The notes under the pieces: generated by a model | The model's database searches: none | Seen by the model: only the letters and a program-made list of their open reading frames with translations | Told to the model about the DNA's origin: nothing | In this document: positions 8,544 through 17,721 of the stretch, in pieces | Layout of the letters: every line of letters begins with the position of its first letter | How positions within the stretch are numbered: the stretch's first letter is position 1 | Assembly: GCA_963775975.1 (NCBI GenBank) | Contig: CAVZKX010000002.1 | Location: forward strand, 2,996,502 to 3,060,501 | Length of the DNA stretch: 64,000 nt | Direction of reading: 5' to 3' | Source of the DNA: an uncultured Planctomycetia bacterium | GTDB taxonomy: Bacteria; Planctomycetota; Planctomycetia; Pirellulales; Thermoguttaceae | Translations under genes and position numbers: made by a program

Positions 8544-10526
8544 ATGCCCATCCACCGCCTTTCTCAATCCCTGATCAACAAAATCGCCGCGGGCGAGGTC
8601 GTGGAACGGCCGGCGAGCGTGATTAAGGAACTGATGGAAAACGCCGTCGACGCCGGCGCAATGCGGATCGACGTCACGGCGCAAAATGGCGGATTGGACC
8701 TGATGCGCGTCGTCGATAACGGCTGCGGCATCGCGGCCGAGGAACTGCCGCTGGCCGTGGCCGCGCATGCCACGAGCAAGCTCGCCGAGGCGGACGACTT
8801 GTTCCGCGTCGCCACGCTCGGATTCCGCGGCGAAGCCCTGGCCTCGATCGGCGAGATCAGCCGCCTCGTCCTCCGCAGCCGAACGGCTTCGAGCCAGGGC
8901 GGCGCGGAAATCGAGGTCGCCGGCGGCCATGTGGGCGAGGTCGCGCCGTGCGGCTGTCCGCAGGGTACGACGATCGAGGTCCACAACCTTTTTTACAACA
9001 CGCCCGTGCGGAGGAAGTTTCTCCGCACGCCGCAGACCGAGTTCGGTCATATCAGCGAGGCATTTACGCGGATCGCGCTGGCTTTGCCGCGCGTCCATTT
9101 CACTTTGCGGCACAATGAGCGGCAGGTGTTCGATTTGCCGGCAACCGAGAACGCGGCGGAGCGGATCGCGGCGCTCTTTGGCCGCGAGTTGGCCGAGCGA
9201 TTGATTTTCGTCGCCAGCACTGACGGCGACGTGCGAATCTCCGGCTGCGTGGCCCATCCCAGCCAGAGCCGCAGCAACAACCGCATGCAATATATTTTCC
9301 TCAATGGTCGGCATATTCGCGACAGCGCTTTGCAGCACGCGCTGGCCGAGGCCTATCGAGGGCTCTTGATGGTTGGCCGCTACGCGATCGCCTTCCTTAC
9401 GATTGAGATGCCGCCCGACATGGTTGATGTCAACGTCCATCCGACGAAGCTCGAAGTCCGCTTTCGTGATGGCGGCCGGCTCTATAGCCAATTACTCTCT
9501 ACACTTCGCGGCAAGTTCCTCACTACCGATTTGACCACGCAGGGCCACGCGCCGCCGGGCGCGGAAGAACCGGGCGGCGCTCACGACGAGACACATGCGG
9601 CACAAGTCCGTGAGGAATTGGTCGCTTGGGCCAAGGGCAAAGTGGCGGGCTGGCAGCCGACGGGCGAAGGCGGAGCGGGCGTCGCAGCGCCGCAAATCGC
9701 ATCCGCCGCGACTGCCGATGAGCCTTGGGCACGAAGCGAGCCGCCGCGGCAATACTCGTTCGCCGGCGAGACAATAGCGGAGCGCCGGCCGCTGGAACTG
9801 ACGAACATTCATTGGCCGCGGCCCGCGTTTTCGAGCGGTGGAGCGGTCGATCCGCCGGCGGAAGGCATCGTCGCTCGTGAGGATTCGGCGCATGTCGTGA
9901 GAGACGACCAGAATAGGTCCCTTCCGGCAGAAGGAACCTACGGCGGCGCAGGGTCCTACCGGCCCGCCTTGCAGATCCACAATCGCTACCTCGTCACGGA
10001 ATCGGAAGAAGGGGTGACGATCATCGATCAACACGCCTTGCACGAGCGGATACTTTTCGAACAAATCCGCGCACGGATCGAGGCAGGGGCGTTGGAGACG
10101 CAAAACCTGCTCGTGCCGGAGCCCGTCGATCTGAGTCCGGCCGAGGCGGCGATTGCACTGGAGCATCGCGACGTGCTGGCGCAGCTTGGCGTCAGGATCG
10201 AACCCTTCGGCGGCGACACGGTGTTGATCACCGGCTTTCCGGCGATGCTGGCGAACATGAATCCGGGCGAGGTCCTGCATGCGCTCTTGGAGCGGCTTGT
10301 CTCCGGCGGCGGCCAGCCCGACCGCCGCGACCTGTTGGACGACATGCTGCACACGGTGGCCTGCAAGGCGGCAATCAAGGCCGGCGACCGGCTCACGACG
10401 TCGGAGATCGCCGCGCTTTTGGAGCAGCGGCACACGGTGCATGACTCGCACCACTGCCCTCACGGCCGGCCCACCGAGCTTGTTTTCACCCGCGACGAGC
10501 TGGACAAGCAGTTCAAGCGGATTTGA
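8544..10526 (+). CDS. mutL: DNA mismatch repair protein MutL
   Basis: N-terminal GHKL ATPase motif INKIAAGEVVERPASVIKELMENAVDAG. C-terminal region has DQHALHERILFE and CPHGRP. Confidence 0.95.
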   Translation: MPIHRLSQSLINKIAAGEVVERPASVIKELMENAVDAGAMRIDVTAQNGGLDLMRVVDNGCGIAAEELPLAVAAHATSKLAEADDLFRVATLGFRGEALASIGEISRLVLRSRTASSQGGAEIEVAGGHVGEVAPCGCPQGTTIEVHNLFYNTPVRRKFLRTPQTEFGHISEAFTRIALALPRVHFTLRHNERQVFDLPATENAAERIAALFGRELAERLIFVASTDGDVRISGCVAHPSQSRSNNRMQYIFLNGRHIRDSALQHALAEAYRGLLMVGRYAIAFLTIEMPPDMVDVNVHPTKLEVRFRDGGRLYSQLLSTLRGKFLTTDLTTQGHAPPGAEEPGGAHDETHAAQVREELVAWAKGKVAGWQPTGEGGAGVAAPQIASAATADEPWARSEPPRQYSFAGETIAERRPLELTNIHWPRPAFSSGGAVDPPAEGIVAREDSAHVVRDDQNRSLPAEGTYGGAGSYRPALQIHNRYLVTESEEGVTIIDQHALHERILFEQIRARIEAGALETQNLLVPEPVDLSPAEAAIALEHRDVLAQLGVRIEPFGGDTVLITGFPAMLANMNPGEVLHALLERLVSGGGQPDRRDLLDDMLHTVACKAAIKAGDRLTTSEIAALLEQRHTVHDSHHCPHGRPTELVFTRDELDKQFKRI

Positions 10527-10599
10527 GAGGCAGCTTTAGGTCGTTGACAAGGGATGCTAGAATTAAGACAGAATTGCACGGCGAATTGGAGGAAGAGGC

Positions 10600-11019
10600 A
10601 TGGGTGAAATAAAGGTCAAAGTAGAACTGGAGAATTACGGTGATCGTGAAGTATCTCGGCGCGGCTTTTTAGCAGAAGACCAAGTCCGACGAGAAAAGGT
10701 CGATGTCATCGTCGATAGCGGAGCCGTAATGTTGGTCCTGCCGCAAGACCTGGTGGAAGCCCTCGGCCTGCCGACGCTGAGAAAAGCCATCGTGACCTAC
10801 GCGGACGAGCGCGAGGAAGAACGCAACATGGCCGGCGTCGTGTCGGTTACGGTTGCCGGCCGCAGCGTCCAGACGAGTTGCGTGGTCGGGCCGCCCGGCA
10901 GCGAGCCGCTGTTAGGCCAGATCGTGCTCGAGGAGGCGGACCTGCTCGTCGATTGCGCGAACCGGCAACTCATTCCACGGCCGGAGTCTCCCTACTTACC
11001 GACGTTGAAAGTGAAGTAA
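10600..11019 (+). CDS. retropepsin-like (clan AA) aspartic protease
   Basis: 139-aa ORF with VDSGAVMLVLP (D-S-G-A active-site motif) in a small beta-rich protein. Confidence 0.65.
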   Translation: MGEIKVKVELENYGDREVSRRGFLAEDQVRREKVDVIVDSGAVMLVLPQDLVEALGLPTLRKAIVTYADEREEERNMAGVVSVTVAGRSVQTSCVVGPPGSEPLLGQIVLEEADLLVDCANRQLIPRPESPYLPTLKVK

Positions 11020-11022
11020 TCC

Positions 11023-12510
11023 ATGATTTGCGTCAGTATCGGCAACGCTCGGCATCGTTTCATGATCCACGAACATCGGCACGTTGCCGAGTTGGGCGCC
11101 AAGCTCGTCGAGTTGCGGCTGGACTATATCACGGGGCCGGTAAATCTCCGCCGCCTGCTTACCGACCGTCCTTGCCCGGTGGTTATTTCTTGCCGCCGCC
11201 CGGCCGACGGCGGCAAGTGGCAAGGCGGCGAGGACCAGCGGATGCTGCTGCTCCGTACGGCCATCACCGAAGGCGTCGAGTATATCGATCTGGAAGACGA
11301 CATAGCGGCCTCCGTGCCGCGCTTCGGCAAGACGAAGCGGATCGTCAGCTTCCATGACTTCCGCAAGATGCCGGAAAACCTCGATGAAATCCACAGCCGC
11401 CTGGCCAAGTGCGACGCCGACATCGTGAAGATCTCGGCAATGGCCAACCACCCCAGCGACAACGTGCGGATCCTGAACTTGGTCCGTAATGCCAAAACAC
11501 CAACCGTCGGCCTGGGGATGGGCGATATCGGTGTGCCGACGCGCATCCTGGCGGGCAAGTTCGGCTCGCCAATCACCTACGCCACGTTCTCGCAAGACCG
11601 CGCGCTGGCCCCCGGACAACTCGGCTTCGAACAGATGATGCAGGTCTTCCGCTACGACGAAATCAACGCCGACACGGAAGTCTACGGCGTCGTAGCCGAC
11701 CCCATCGGGCATAGCCTCAGCCCCTTGATTCACAACGCTGCCTTCGCCCATCTAGGCATGAACAAGGTTTACGTTCCTTTCCGCGTTCCCCGTGAGGACC
11801 TGGGCCGCTTTATCGACGAGGCCCCCGCGCTGGGCATCCGCGGCCTGAGCGTGACGATTCCGCACAAGGAAGAAGTGATCAAGAAGCTAACGGCCGTCGA
11901 CGACTCTGTGCGCGGCATCAGCGCGTCGAACACCGTCGTTATCGATGGCGCCTCTCGCAGTGGCTACAACACCGACTACCACTCCGCCATGTCCTCGCTC
12001 GAAGATGCGATGGAAATACCGCCGACGAAGGAAAAGCCTCTGGCGGGCAACACGGCTCTGGTGATGGGCTGCGGCGGCGCCGGCGCGGCGATTGCCTTCG
12101 GCCTGGTCCGCCGCGGGGCGCATGTTCTCGTCAGCGATATCACGAACCGCAAGGCGGAACTTATGGCCGAGCGATTCAATTGTATGGCCATCGAATGGAA
12201 CGACCGCCACAAGGCCAACCCGGATATCCTCATGAATTGCACGCCTGTCGGCATGCACCCCAACGTCGACGAGACGCCTTACGAAAAACACCACCTGCGG
12301 CCATCGATGGTCGTTTTCGATGCGGTCTACAACCCAGAAAACACGCTCCTCATCAAAGACGCCCGCAGCCGCAACTGCACGGTCGTAACTGGCGTGGAAA
12401 TGTTCGTCCGTCAGGCCTGCATGCAATTCAAATTATTCACTGGACAAGACGGCCCCGCCGACCTGATGCGCGATGTGATCCGCCGAACGATCGGCGCGGC
12501 GAAGATGTAA
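11023..12510 (+). CDS. aroDE: bifunctional type I 3-dehydroquinate dehydratase / shikimate dehydrogenase
   Basis: N-terminal AroD-type region (ELRLDY, VKISAMAN). C-terminal AroE (YGVVADPIGHSLSPLIHNAAF, GCGGAGAAIAFGL). Confidence 0.9.
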   Translation: MICVSIGNARHRFMIHEHRHVAELGAKLVELRLDYITGPVNLRRLLTDRPCPVVISCRRPADGGKWQGGEDQRMLLLRTAITEGVEYIDLEDDIAASVPRFGKTKRIVSFHDFRKMPENLDEIHSRLAKCDADIVKISAMANHPSDNVRILNLVRNAKTPTVGLGMGDIGVPTRILAGKFGSPITYATFSQDRALAPGQLGFEQMMQVFRYDEINADTEVYGVVADPIGHSLSPLIHNAAFAHLGMNKVYVPFRVPREDLGRFIDEAPALGIRGLSVTIPHKEEVIKKLTAVDDSVRGISASNTVVIDGASRSGYNTDYHSAMSSLEDAMEIPPTKEKPLAGNTALVMGCGGAGAAIAFGLVRRGAHVLVSDITNRKAELMAERFNCMAIEWNDRHKANPDILMNCTPVGMHPNVDETPYEKHHLRPSMVVFDAVYNPENTLLIKDARSRNCTVVTGVEMFVRQACMQFKLFTGQDGPADLMRDVIRRTIGAAKM

Positions 12511-12516
12511 AAGGTA

Positions 12517-12686
12517 GGACTTTGGTCTTGGGGCTTAGGTCTTGGGAGTTTTCCCAAGACCCAAGACCCAAGACCCAAGACCAAAGACCTAAGACCTAAG
12601 ACCTAAGACCTAAGACCAAAGACCAAAGACCAAAGACCAAAGACCAAAGACCAAAGACCTAAGACCTAAGACCTAAGACCTAAGCT
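12517..12686. repeat. Heptamer tandem array (19 x CNAAGAC) preceded by four inverted units
   Basis: Phase verified unit by unit from 12554: CCAAGAC x4, CAAAGAC x1, CTAAGAC x4, CAAAGAC x6, CTAAGAC x3, CTAAGCT x1. Inverted units at 12517-12546. Confidence 0.95.
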
Positions 12687-12718
12687 AGGCACCAAGTTCC
12701 ACGCAGCAAGTCCTAACC

Positions 12719-13273
12719 ATGTTCTTCCTCGAATCTCCCTGGCCGATTCTGATCGTTGGACTAGTACTGGAGTTGCCTCTGGTAATTGCGCTCTTCCAGA
12801 CGCGGAAGGGCAAGCTGCTGTGGGCAATCGGCGGAGTCGCATTGCTGGTTTTGGCGGGCCTGCTCGTCGAGCGTTACACGGTCACCGATACGAAGCTCGT
12901 GCGGAAGACGTTGGAAGCGGTTGCGACAGGATTAAAGGCCAATAGTAAAGAGAAAGTCTACGACTGCATTGTTACGGGTCCCGATGGGGACCCGGCAAGA
13001 AAAAGGACCGACGATGCGTTCAGTATCGCCGAATTTTTCGAAATCTCCATTCGCAATCTCGATGTGACGATCAACTACCGCGCCAGCCCGCCGACGGCAG
13101 AGGCGGAGTTCACCGTTGTCGTTCACGGCAGACTTCGCGCGGGGGAAATGAGGGACTTGGGCGACGTAACTCGGCCCGTTAGAATTAAGGTTGAGCTTCG
13201 GAAACAGTCCGGCCGCTGGCTGATCTACGGCGACCCGAAGCACGACGTTCAGGAGTTGGGCGGCAAACTATAA
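12719..13273 (+). CDS. hypothetical membrane-anchored protein
   Basis: 184-aa ORF with two N-terminal TM helices and a soluble C-terminal domain. Confidence 0.55.
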   Translation: MFFLESPWPILIVGLVLELPLVIALFQTRKGKLLWAIGGVALLVLAGLLVERYTVTDTKLVRKTLEAVATGLKANSKEKVYDCIVTGPDGDPARKRTDDAFSIAEFFEISIRNLDVTINYRASPPTAEAEFTVVVHGRLRAGEMRDLGDVTRPVRIKVELRKQSGRWLIYGDPKHDVQELGGKL

Positions 13274-13292
13274 TGAACTCGGCAGACCTAGA

Positions 13293-13748
13293 CTACCCTT
13301 TTTCGCCCGTCCCGTCGCCCGCCACCAACTCCAGAAGCTTCGACTTTGGCACCAGCCCGACACTCAGCGGCGCGGCGACTTTTCCGTTGCGGATGACCAT
13401 CAACGTGGGCATCGCCATGACCGCGTAGCGCTTTGTCAGCGTGGGATTGTCATCGACGTTGACCTTCACCACGCGGATTTCGGGGTGCTCCGCGGCGAAC
13501 TCTTCCAAAAGCGGCGTCAGTCGCTTGCAAGGGCCGCACCAATCGGCGAAGAAATCGACGAGCACCGGCTTGTCGCACTTCAGCACCCGCTCGTCGAACG
13601 TGGCCGCGGTGACGTGTTCTAGTGAGTCTTTCGCCTCCGGCTCCGACCAGGGAAACATCCCGCTGTGCCCCATGCAGCCGGCCAGAAACGCAATTCCCAG
13701 CAAGGCGGGAACAAACAACAAGCGTATCGTTTTCAAGTTTATCTTCAT
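13293..13748 (-). CDS. thioredoxin-family lipoprotein
   Basis: WCGPCK active site. Start taken at MKINLK, with a lipobox-like FLAGC. Confidence 0.85.
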   Translation of the reverse strand: MKINLKTIRLLFVPALLGIAFLAGCMGHSGMFPWSEPEAKDSLEHVTAATFDERVLKCDKPVLVDFFADWCGPCKRLTPLLEEFAAEHPEIRVVKVNVDDNPTLTKRYAVMAMPTLMVIRNGKVAAPLSVGLVPKSKLLELVAGDGTGEKG

Positions 13749-13946
13749 GGCAAGGAAACGGTCGAACCAGCAGGGCAACGCTTAACATTATCTCCACTCG
13801 TCGGGTGTGCGGTCAAGTCCAAGCTGCTTGGGAGCGGAGCTTTTGGCTCGCGATTTAATCGTTTTTCCTCTTTACACGCGCTGCCGCGTCCCGGTATTGT
13901 TTGGCCGATTTCCGCCCACTTCCAGCACCCACTTGGAAACATTACG

Positions 13947-14705
13947 ATGTCCACCCTTCGCCTGATCGCCGCGGCGCTGCTTGTGTGTACCAGCATCGCG
14001 GTCGCCGCGCCTGCCTCCGCCGCGGACTTTCGCGTCACCAATGCCGTCTTCGTTGAAGGCGAGACCGGCCCGCAGAGCCAGAGCGTGACGATTTTTCACG
14101 CCGGGCTGGTCTACGACTTTCTCGCCGATCCAGCCGAGATCATCGTCTTCGACAAGCCGCACGGGCAGTTCGTCCTCCTCGATGTCGGCCGCCGCGTGCA
14201 AAGCGGTGTGTCCACCGATGAAGTCCAAGCGTTCGTCGATCGAGCGAAGCGGCTGCTTGCCGGCTCCAAAAATCCTCCCCAGATAATCTGGCTTGCCGAC
14301 CCCAAGTTCGATGAGACGTTCGACAGCCAATCGTCTGAATTGACCCTCCGCGGCGAATCGATGACCTACCAGGCGCAACTGCTGCCCACGGGCCCGGACG
14401 TAGCGGCCCAGTATCGCGAGTTCTCCGACTGGTACGCACAGTTCAATTATGTGTTGAATCCCCACTCGCGTCCGCCGTTTCCGCGGAAGGTACTGAATGC
14501 AGCCCTGGATCGCAACCACGGCATCGCCAAGGAAGTGCGGCTGTCGACCAACTCCGCCAAGTCGCCCTCGCCGACGGAGGTCACCAGCCGCCACGAGTTG
14601 GCCGGGCAACTCGAAGCGTCCGACAAGAAACGCATCGCCGAAGCCCGCGCCGACATGCAGAGCTTCCAGCATGTGTCGCGGAAAGAATACGTGCAGAGGA
14701 AATGA
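13947..14705 (+). CDS. secreted hypothetical protein
   Basis: Start taken at MSTLRLIAAALLVCTSIAVAAPASA (signal peptide). The longer ORF from 13665 overlaps the thioredoxin gene. Confidence 0.6.
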   Translation: MSTLRLIAAALLVCTSIAVAAPASAADFRVTNAVFVEGETGPQSQSVTIFHAGLVYDFLADPAEIIVFDKPHGQFVLLDVGRRVQSGVSTDEVQAFVDRAKRLLAGSKNPPQIIWLADPKFDETFDSQSSELTLRGESMTYQAQLLPTGPDVAAQYREFSDWYAQFNYVLNPHSRPPFPRKVLNAALDRNHGIAKEVRLSTNSAKSPSPTEVTSRHELAGQLEASDKKRIAEARADMQSFQHVSRKEYVQRK

Positions 14706-14768
14706 GGACGAAGATCTTCGATCTTAGTTCTTAGTGCTAAAATCTAAGCACTAAGTTCTAAGTGCTCT

Positions 14769-15971
14769 TTACGGCAGCTTGTGCCCCATCTTGTCGCGCT
14801 TGGCGGCCATATATCGGGCGTTGTGCGCGTGGACCGGTCCGACGATCGGCACCTGATCGACTACCTCCAGTTCGAATCCGCCATAGATGAAGGCGTCGGT
14901 CTTTTTCGGATTGTTCGTCAGCAGGCGGACTCGCGAAATGCCCAGGTCTTTGAGGACTTGAATGCCCACGCCATAATCGCGGCTATCGACCTGATGGCCC
15001 AGGGCCAGGTTTGCCTCAACCGTATCCATCCCTTGGTCTTGCAGGTTGTATGCCTTGATTTTTTCGACCAATCCGATGCCGCGGCCCTCCTGCGGCAAGT
15101 AGACGACGATACCGCCGCCCTCTTCGCTCATCATCTGCATCGCCATCTGCAATTGGTCGCCGCAATCGCAGCGCAATGACCCGATTAAGTCGCCGGTGAA
15201 GCAGGATGAATGCAATCGCACCAGTGGCGCGGCGGATAAGTCCGGATCGCCCAGCACGATGGCGATCGGCACCTGGTCTTCAAAGCGAACGCCGTAGACG
15301 ATGATTCGCCCCGGCCCGAAATGCGTGGGAAGGTTCGCTTCGGCGGCGCGGTAGACCAATTTCTCGCTCTTGCGGCGATGCTGGATGAGCTGCTCGATGG
15401 TGATCATCTCGAGCTTGTGCCGTCGTGATAGTTCGTGAAGCTCGTCGGACGTAGCCCGTTGGCCGCTTTCGGCCAGCACTTCGCAAAGCACGCCGGCCGG
15501 CTGCAGGCCCGCCATGCGCGCCAAGTCGACGGCCGCTTCGGTATGTCCGGCGCGGCGCAGTACGCCGCCTTCTTTGGCGATCAGCGGCGACACGTGGCCG
15601 GGCCGAAGGAAATCGTCCGGCTGGCTTTTCGGATCGATCAGTGCCAGGATCGTGGCCGCCCGCTCGGCCGCGGTGATGCCCGTCCGCACGGTGCGATGAT
15701 CGACAGGCACGGTGAAATTGGTCCGCAGCGGTGTCGTATTGTCGCCCACAATGGGGTAGAGGTTCAGCCGCCGGCAGGTGTCCGGAAGGAGGGAAACGCA
15801 AAGCTGTCCCCGGCCGTTAAGCATGAAATTGACGAGTTCGGGCGTGACCTTTTCGGCAGCGCAGATGAAATCGCCCTCGTTTTCGCGATCTTCGGCGTCC
15901 ATGACAACGACAATCTCGCCGCGACGGATCGCTTCGACTGCCGACTCGATACTCGATAATCGCTTCTTCAC
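14769..15971 (-). CDS. ribBA: bifunctional 3,4-dihydroxy-2-butanone-4-phosphate synthase / GTP cyclohydrolase II
   Basis: DAEDRENEGDF (RibB) and HSSCFTGDLIGSLRCDCG (RibA zinc site). GTG start. Confidence 0.95.
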   Translation of the reverse strand: MKKRLSSIESAVEAIRRGEIVVVMDAEDRENEGDFICAAEKVTPELVNFMLNGRGQLCVSLLPDTCRRLNLYPIVGDNTTPLRTNFTVPVDHRTVRTGITAAERAATILALIDPKSQPDDFLRPGHVSPLIAKEGGVLRRAGHTEAAVDLARMAGLQPAGVLCEVLAESGQRATSDELHELSRRHKLEMITIEQLIQHRRKSEKLVYRAAEANLPTHFGPGRIIVYGVRFEDQVPIAIVLGDPDLSAAPLVRLHSSCFTGDLIGSLRCDCGDQLQMAMQMMSEEGGGIVVYLPQEGRGIGLVEKIKAYNLQDQGMDTVEANLALGHQVDSRDYGVGIQVLKDLGISRVRLLTNNPKKTDAFIYGGFELEVVDQVPIVGPVHAHNARYMAAKRDKMGHKLP

Positions 15972-16157
15972 GCTCTGCTCAACTGGAAAAACGCCCGATC
16001 AGGATGCCGGGACCCTGCCCGGCCACTCAGTATTATAGGCGTCAAAGCCCATGCCGCCAGGGTAAGGTTGACGTTTGTAGCGGTCGGCTCGATTTTTCCG
16101 ATTATTCTGCCGATAAGCTTAGAGCGACTAATGGAAAACGTGTAGGAGACAAGCAAG

Positions 16158-16745
16158 ATGCGCGGATCAATATGGTTGCTGGCACTCGGCTGCGGCTTGG
16201 TGCTTTCGGCGTCGGGATGCTGCGGTAATATGGGCAGTTGCGGGCGATGCGGCGATACCTGCGGCGGATGCGACGGCGGCCCGGTCTACCGTCGTCCGGT
16301 TCGCCAAACTTGCGGCGACGATTGCGGCACGTGCGGCGGCTGCCGCGAAGGCTGTGATTCTTGCTGCGATCCGTGCGGCGGCGACTGCTGCCAGCGCAAT
16401 TTCTGCTTCCATCCTCTCCGCTCGCTCGGCCGGCTCCTCTTCATCGACTCCTGGTGCGGCCCGCGCTGCGGCGGCTGCTGCGGTGGCGACGAATGCAGCT
16501 CGTGCGGCGGCAGCTGCGGCGGATCAGAAGCGGGACCGGCGGTGGGCGGCCAGTACGGATACTCGTCCCCGCGCCCCGGATGCAAGAGTTGCAATCGCGG
16601 CGGCGAGTCCTACGACAGTGCCAACATGTCGAACGCTACCGAGGGCGAAGTCATGGATGGCGAGGCCTCGCCAGAGCCCACGCCCGCTCCAGCGGCGCCT
16701 AAGACATCCCGCCGGCCAAACCGGCAGACGCCCGCGTATAACTGA
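16158..16745 (+). CDS. cysteine/glycine-rich putative lipoprotein
   Basis: Signal peptide with LSASGC lipobox, then dense CGxC / CGGC clusters followed by a Pro/Ala-rich tail. Confidence 0.65.
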   Translation: MRGSIWLLALGCGLVLSASGCCGNMGSCGRCGDTCGGCDGGPVYRRPVRQTCGDDCGTCGGCREGCDSCCDPCGGDCCQRNFCFHPLRSLGRLLFIDSWCGPRCGGCCGGDECSSCGGSCGGSEAGPAVGGQYGYSSPRPGCKSCNRGGESYDSANMSNATEGEVMDGEASPEPTPAPAAPKTSRRPNRQTPAYN

Positions 16746-16804
16746 CGGCTCTGGGACCGTCCCCTTTGACGCTGCGAAAAGACAAATCTATCGGGGGGCA
16801 GAGC

Positions 16805-16841
16805 GGCCCGCGGGATAGTATCCCGCGGGCCGCGGTTTTTT
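16805..16841 (+). terminator. Rho-independent terminator
   Basis: GGCCCGCGGGATA / TATCCCGCGGGCC stem followed by a TTTTTT run (16836-16841). Confidence 0.7.
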
Positions 16842-16907
16842 CTTGTCGCTCGCGCGGCAGCGAAGTGACGGTGATGGGTCACCGCCGACACAAGTTTGGT
16901 GGCGTCG

Positions 16908-16976
16908 AGCGCAGCGACGACCCACCAATTCGCGACAATTCATGGTGGGTCTTCGTAGAACTCGACCGCACCCTAC
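16908..16976. repeat. Dispersed ~70-80 nt repeat (family shared with 35674-35754)
   Basis: GGTGGCGTCGAGCGCAGCGACGACCCACC...GGTGGGTCTTCGTAGAACTCGACCGCACCCTAC aligns along its length with 35674-35754. Confidence 0.8.
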
Positions 16977-17011
16977 AAGCTCTCGAAAAGGCTAAAAGCG
17001 GGGGGCCGGCG

Positions 17012-17389
17012 TCAGGCGAACTGCGTTAATGAAAGGAGGTTGCCGTCGGGGTCCTTGAACCAGCCGACCTTGGCGCCGCCGGGCGACGTCCAGATGCCCA
17101 GTTCGTCCTGCGACATGCCGGCAAAGCGTTCCAGATTGACGCCGCGGCCCTTGAGTTGCACGGCCACCGCTTCGATGTCGGCGACTTTCCAGCCCATAAC
17201 GGTAAAAGGCATCGGGGTGAAACTCTGGACCTTTTGGATCCGCACAGCCGCATTGGCCGCCCGCACGATCAAGGCGAACGGAGTATCCTCGACGAAGCGA
17301 AGTCCGAGCAGGTCGCAGTAGAAGGCCCGGGCTTTGTCGGCCTCGGCGGTCGCCACAAAGCCCATAACTTCGTCGTTTTGCAGAATCAT
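17012..17389 (-). CDS. VOC / glyoxalase-bleomycin resistance family protein
   Basis: 125-aa ORF. FYCDLLGL...F.DPDGN pattern typical of the VOC fold. Confidence 0.8.
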   Translation of the reverse strand: MILQNDEVMGFVATAEADKARAFYCDLLGLRFVEDTPFALIVRAANAAVRIQKVQSFTPMPFTVMGWKVADIEAVAVQLKGRGVNLERFAGMSQDELGIWTSPGGAKVGWFKDPDGNLLSLTQFA

Positions 17390-17526
17390 ATCGGCACGCT
17401 GAATTGTTCGGAGCTAATGGGTTTCGACGCCGGCAAGTTGATAGCTTATCGCGCGCTGAGGGGGCGTGAATAGACAGCCGCGCGGCGGCATCATCCGCAA
17501 GATGAAAAGGCCGTCGCGGACATACC

Positions 17527-17715
17527 TTATTTCTTTCGCGCGTGCCAAGCGGCGAGCCCTTCGGCTTCGCGCGCGGCCGTCAGCCCGGCGCGGAGTTTAG
17601 CCTGTCTCGCGGCGGGCTGTTTGTGAAACCACTCGAGCGTGGCTTGCGCCGTGTCGGGAATTGTTCGGAAGGTCAAACCCTTGCCGAGCGCTTTGTTCTC
17701 GTCTATTGGTTGGCA
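17527..17715 (-). pseudogene. C-terminal remnant of an NAD-dependent epimerase/SDR-family gene
   Basis: Hand translation gives ...DENKALGKGLTFRTIPDTAQATLEWFHKQPAARQAKLRAGLTAAREAEGLAAWHARKK*. There is no start codon or N-terminal domain, and the next gene abuts at 17722. Confidence 0.45.
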
Positions 17716-17721
17716 TCTCTC

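Noticed and set aside
8424-10463. Two long minus-strand ORFs (355 and 323 aa) opposite mutL
   Set aside because: They are mirror frames of a strongly supported gene in GC-rich DNA, with Arg/Ala/Gly-rich composition and no motifs. The same reasoning applies to 13872..14672, 21722..22951, 23743..24609, 26077..26973, 39679..40632, 42735..43952, 43486..44610, 53220..54089, 54149..55741 and 61505..62548.
12554-12686. Possible CRISPR array
   Set aside because: It is a contiguous 7-nt tandem repeat with no spacers, and there are no cas genes in the window.
15972-16157. FMN (RFN) riboswitch in the ribBA leader
   Set aside because: I looked for the conserved cores (GGGUGAAAUUCCC, ACCGGCGGU, AGCCGACAGU..AGUCUGGAUG) on the minus strand. 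I found only a CCGGG/CCCGG hairpin with a distant T-run and a weak GAGCCGACCG match. A covariance-model scan would settle the question.
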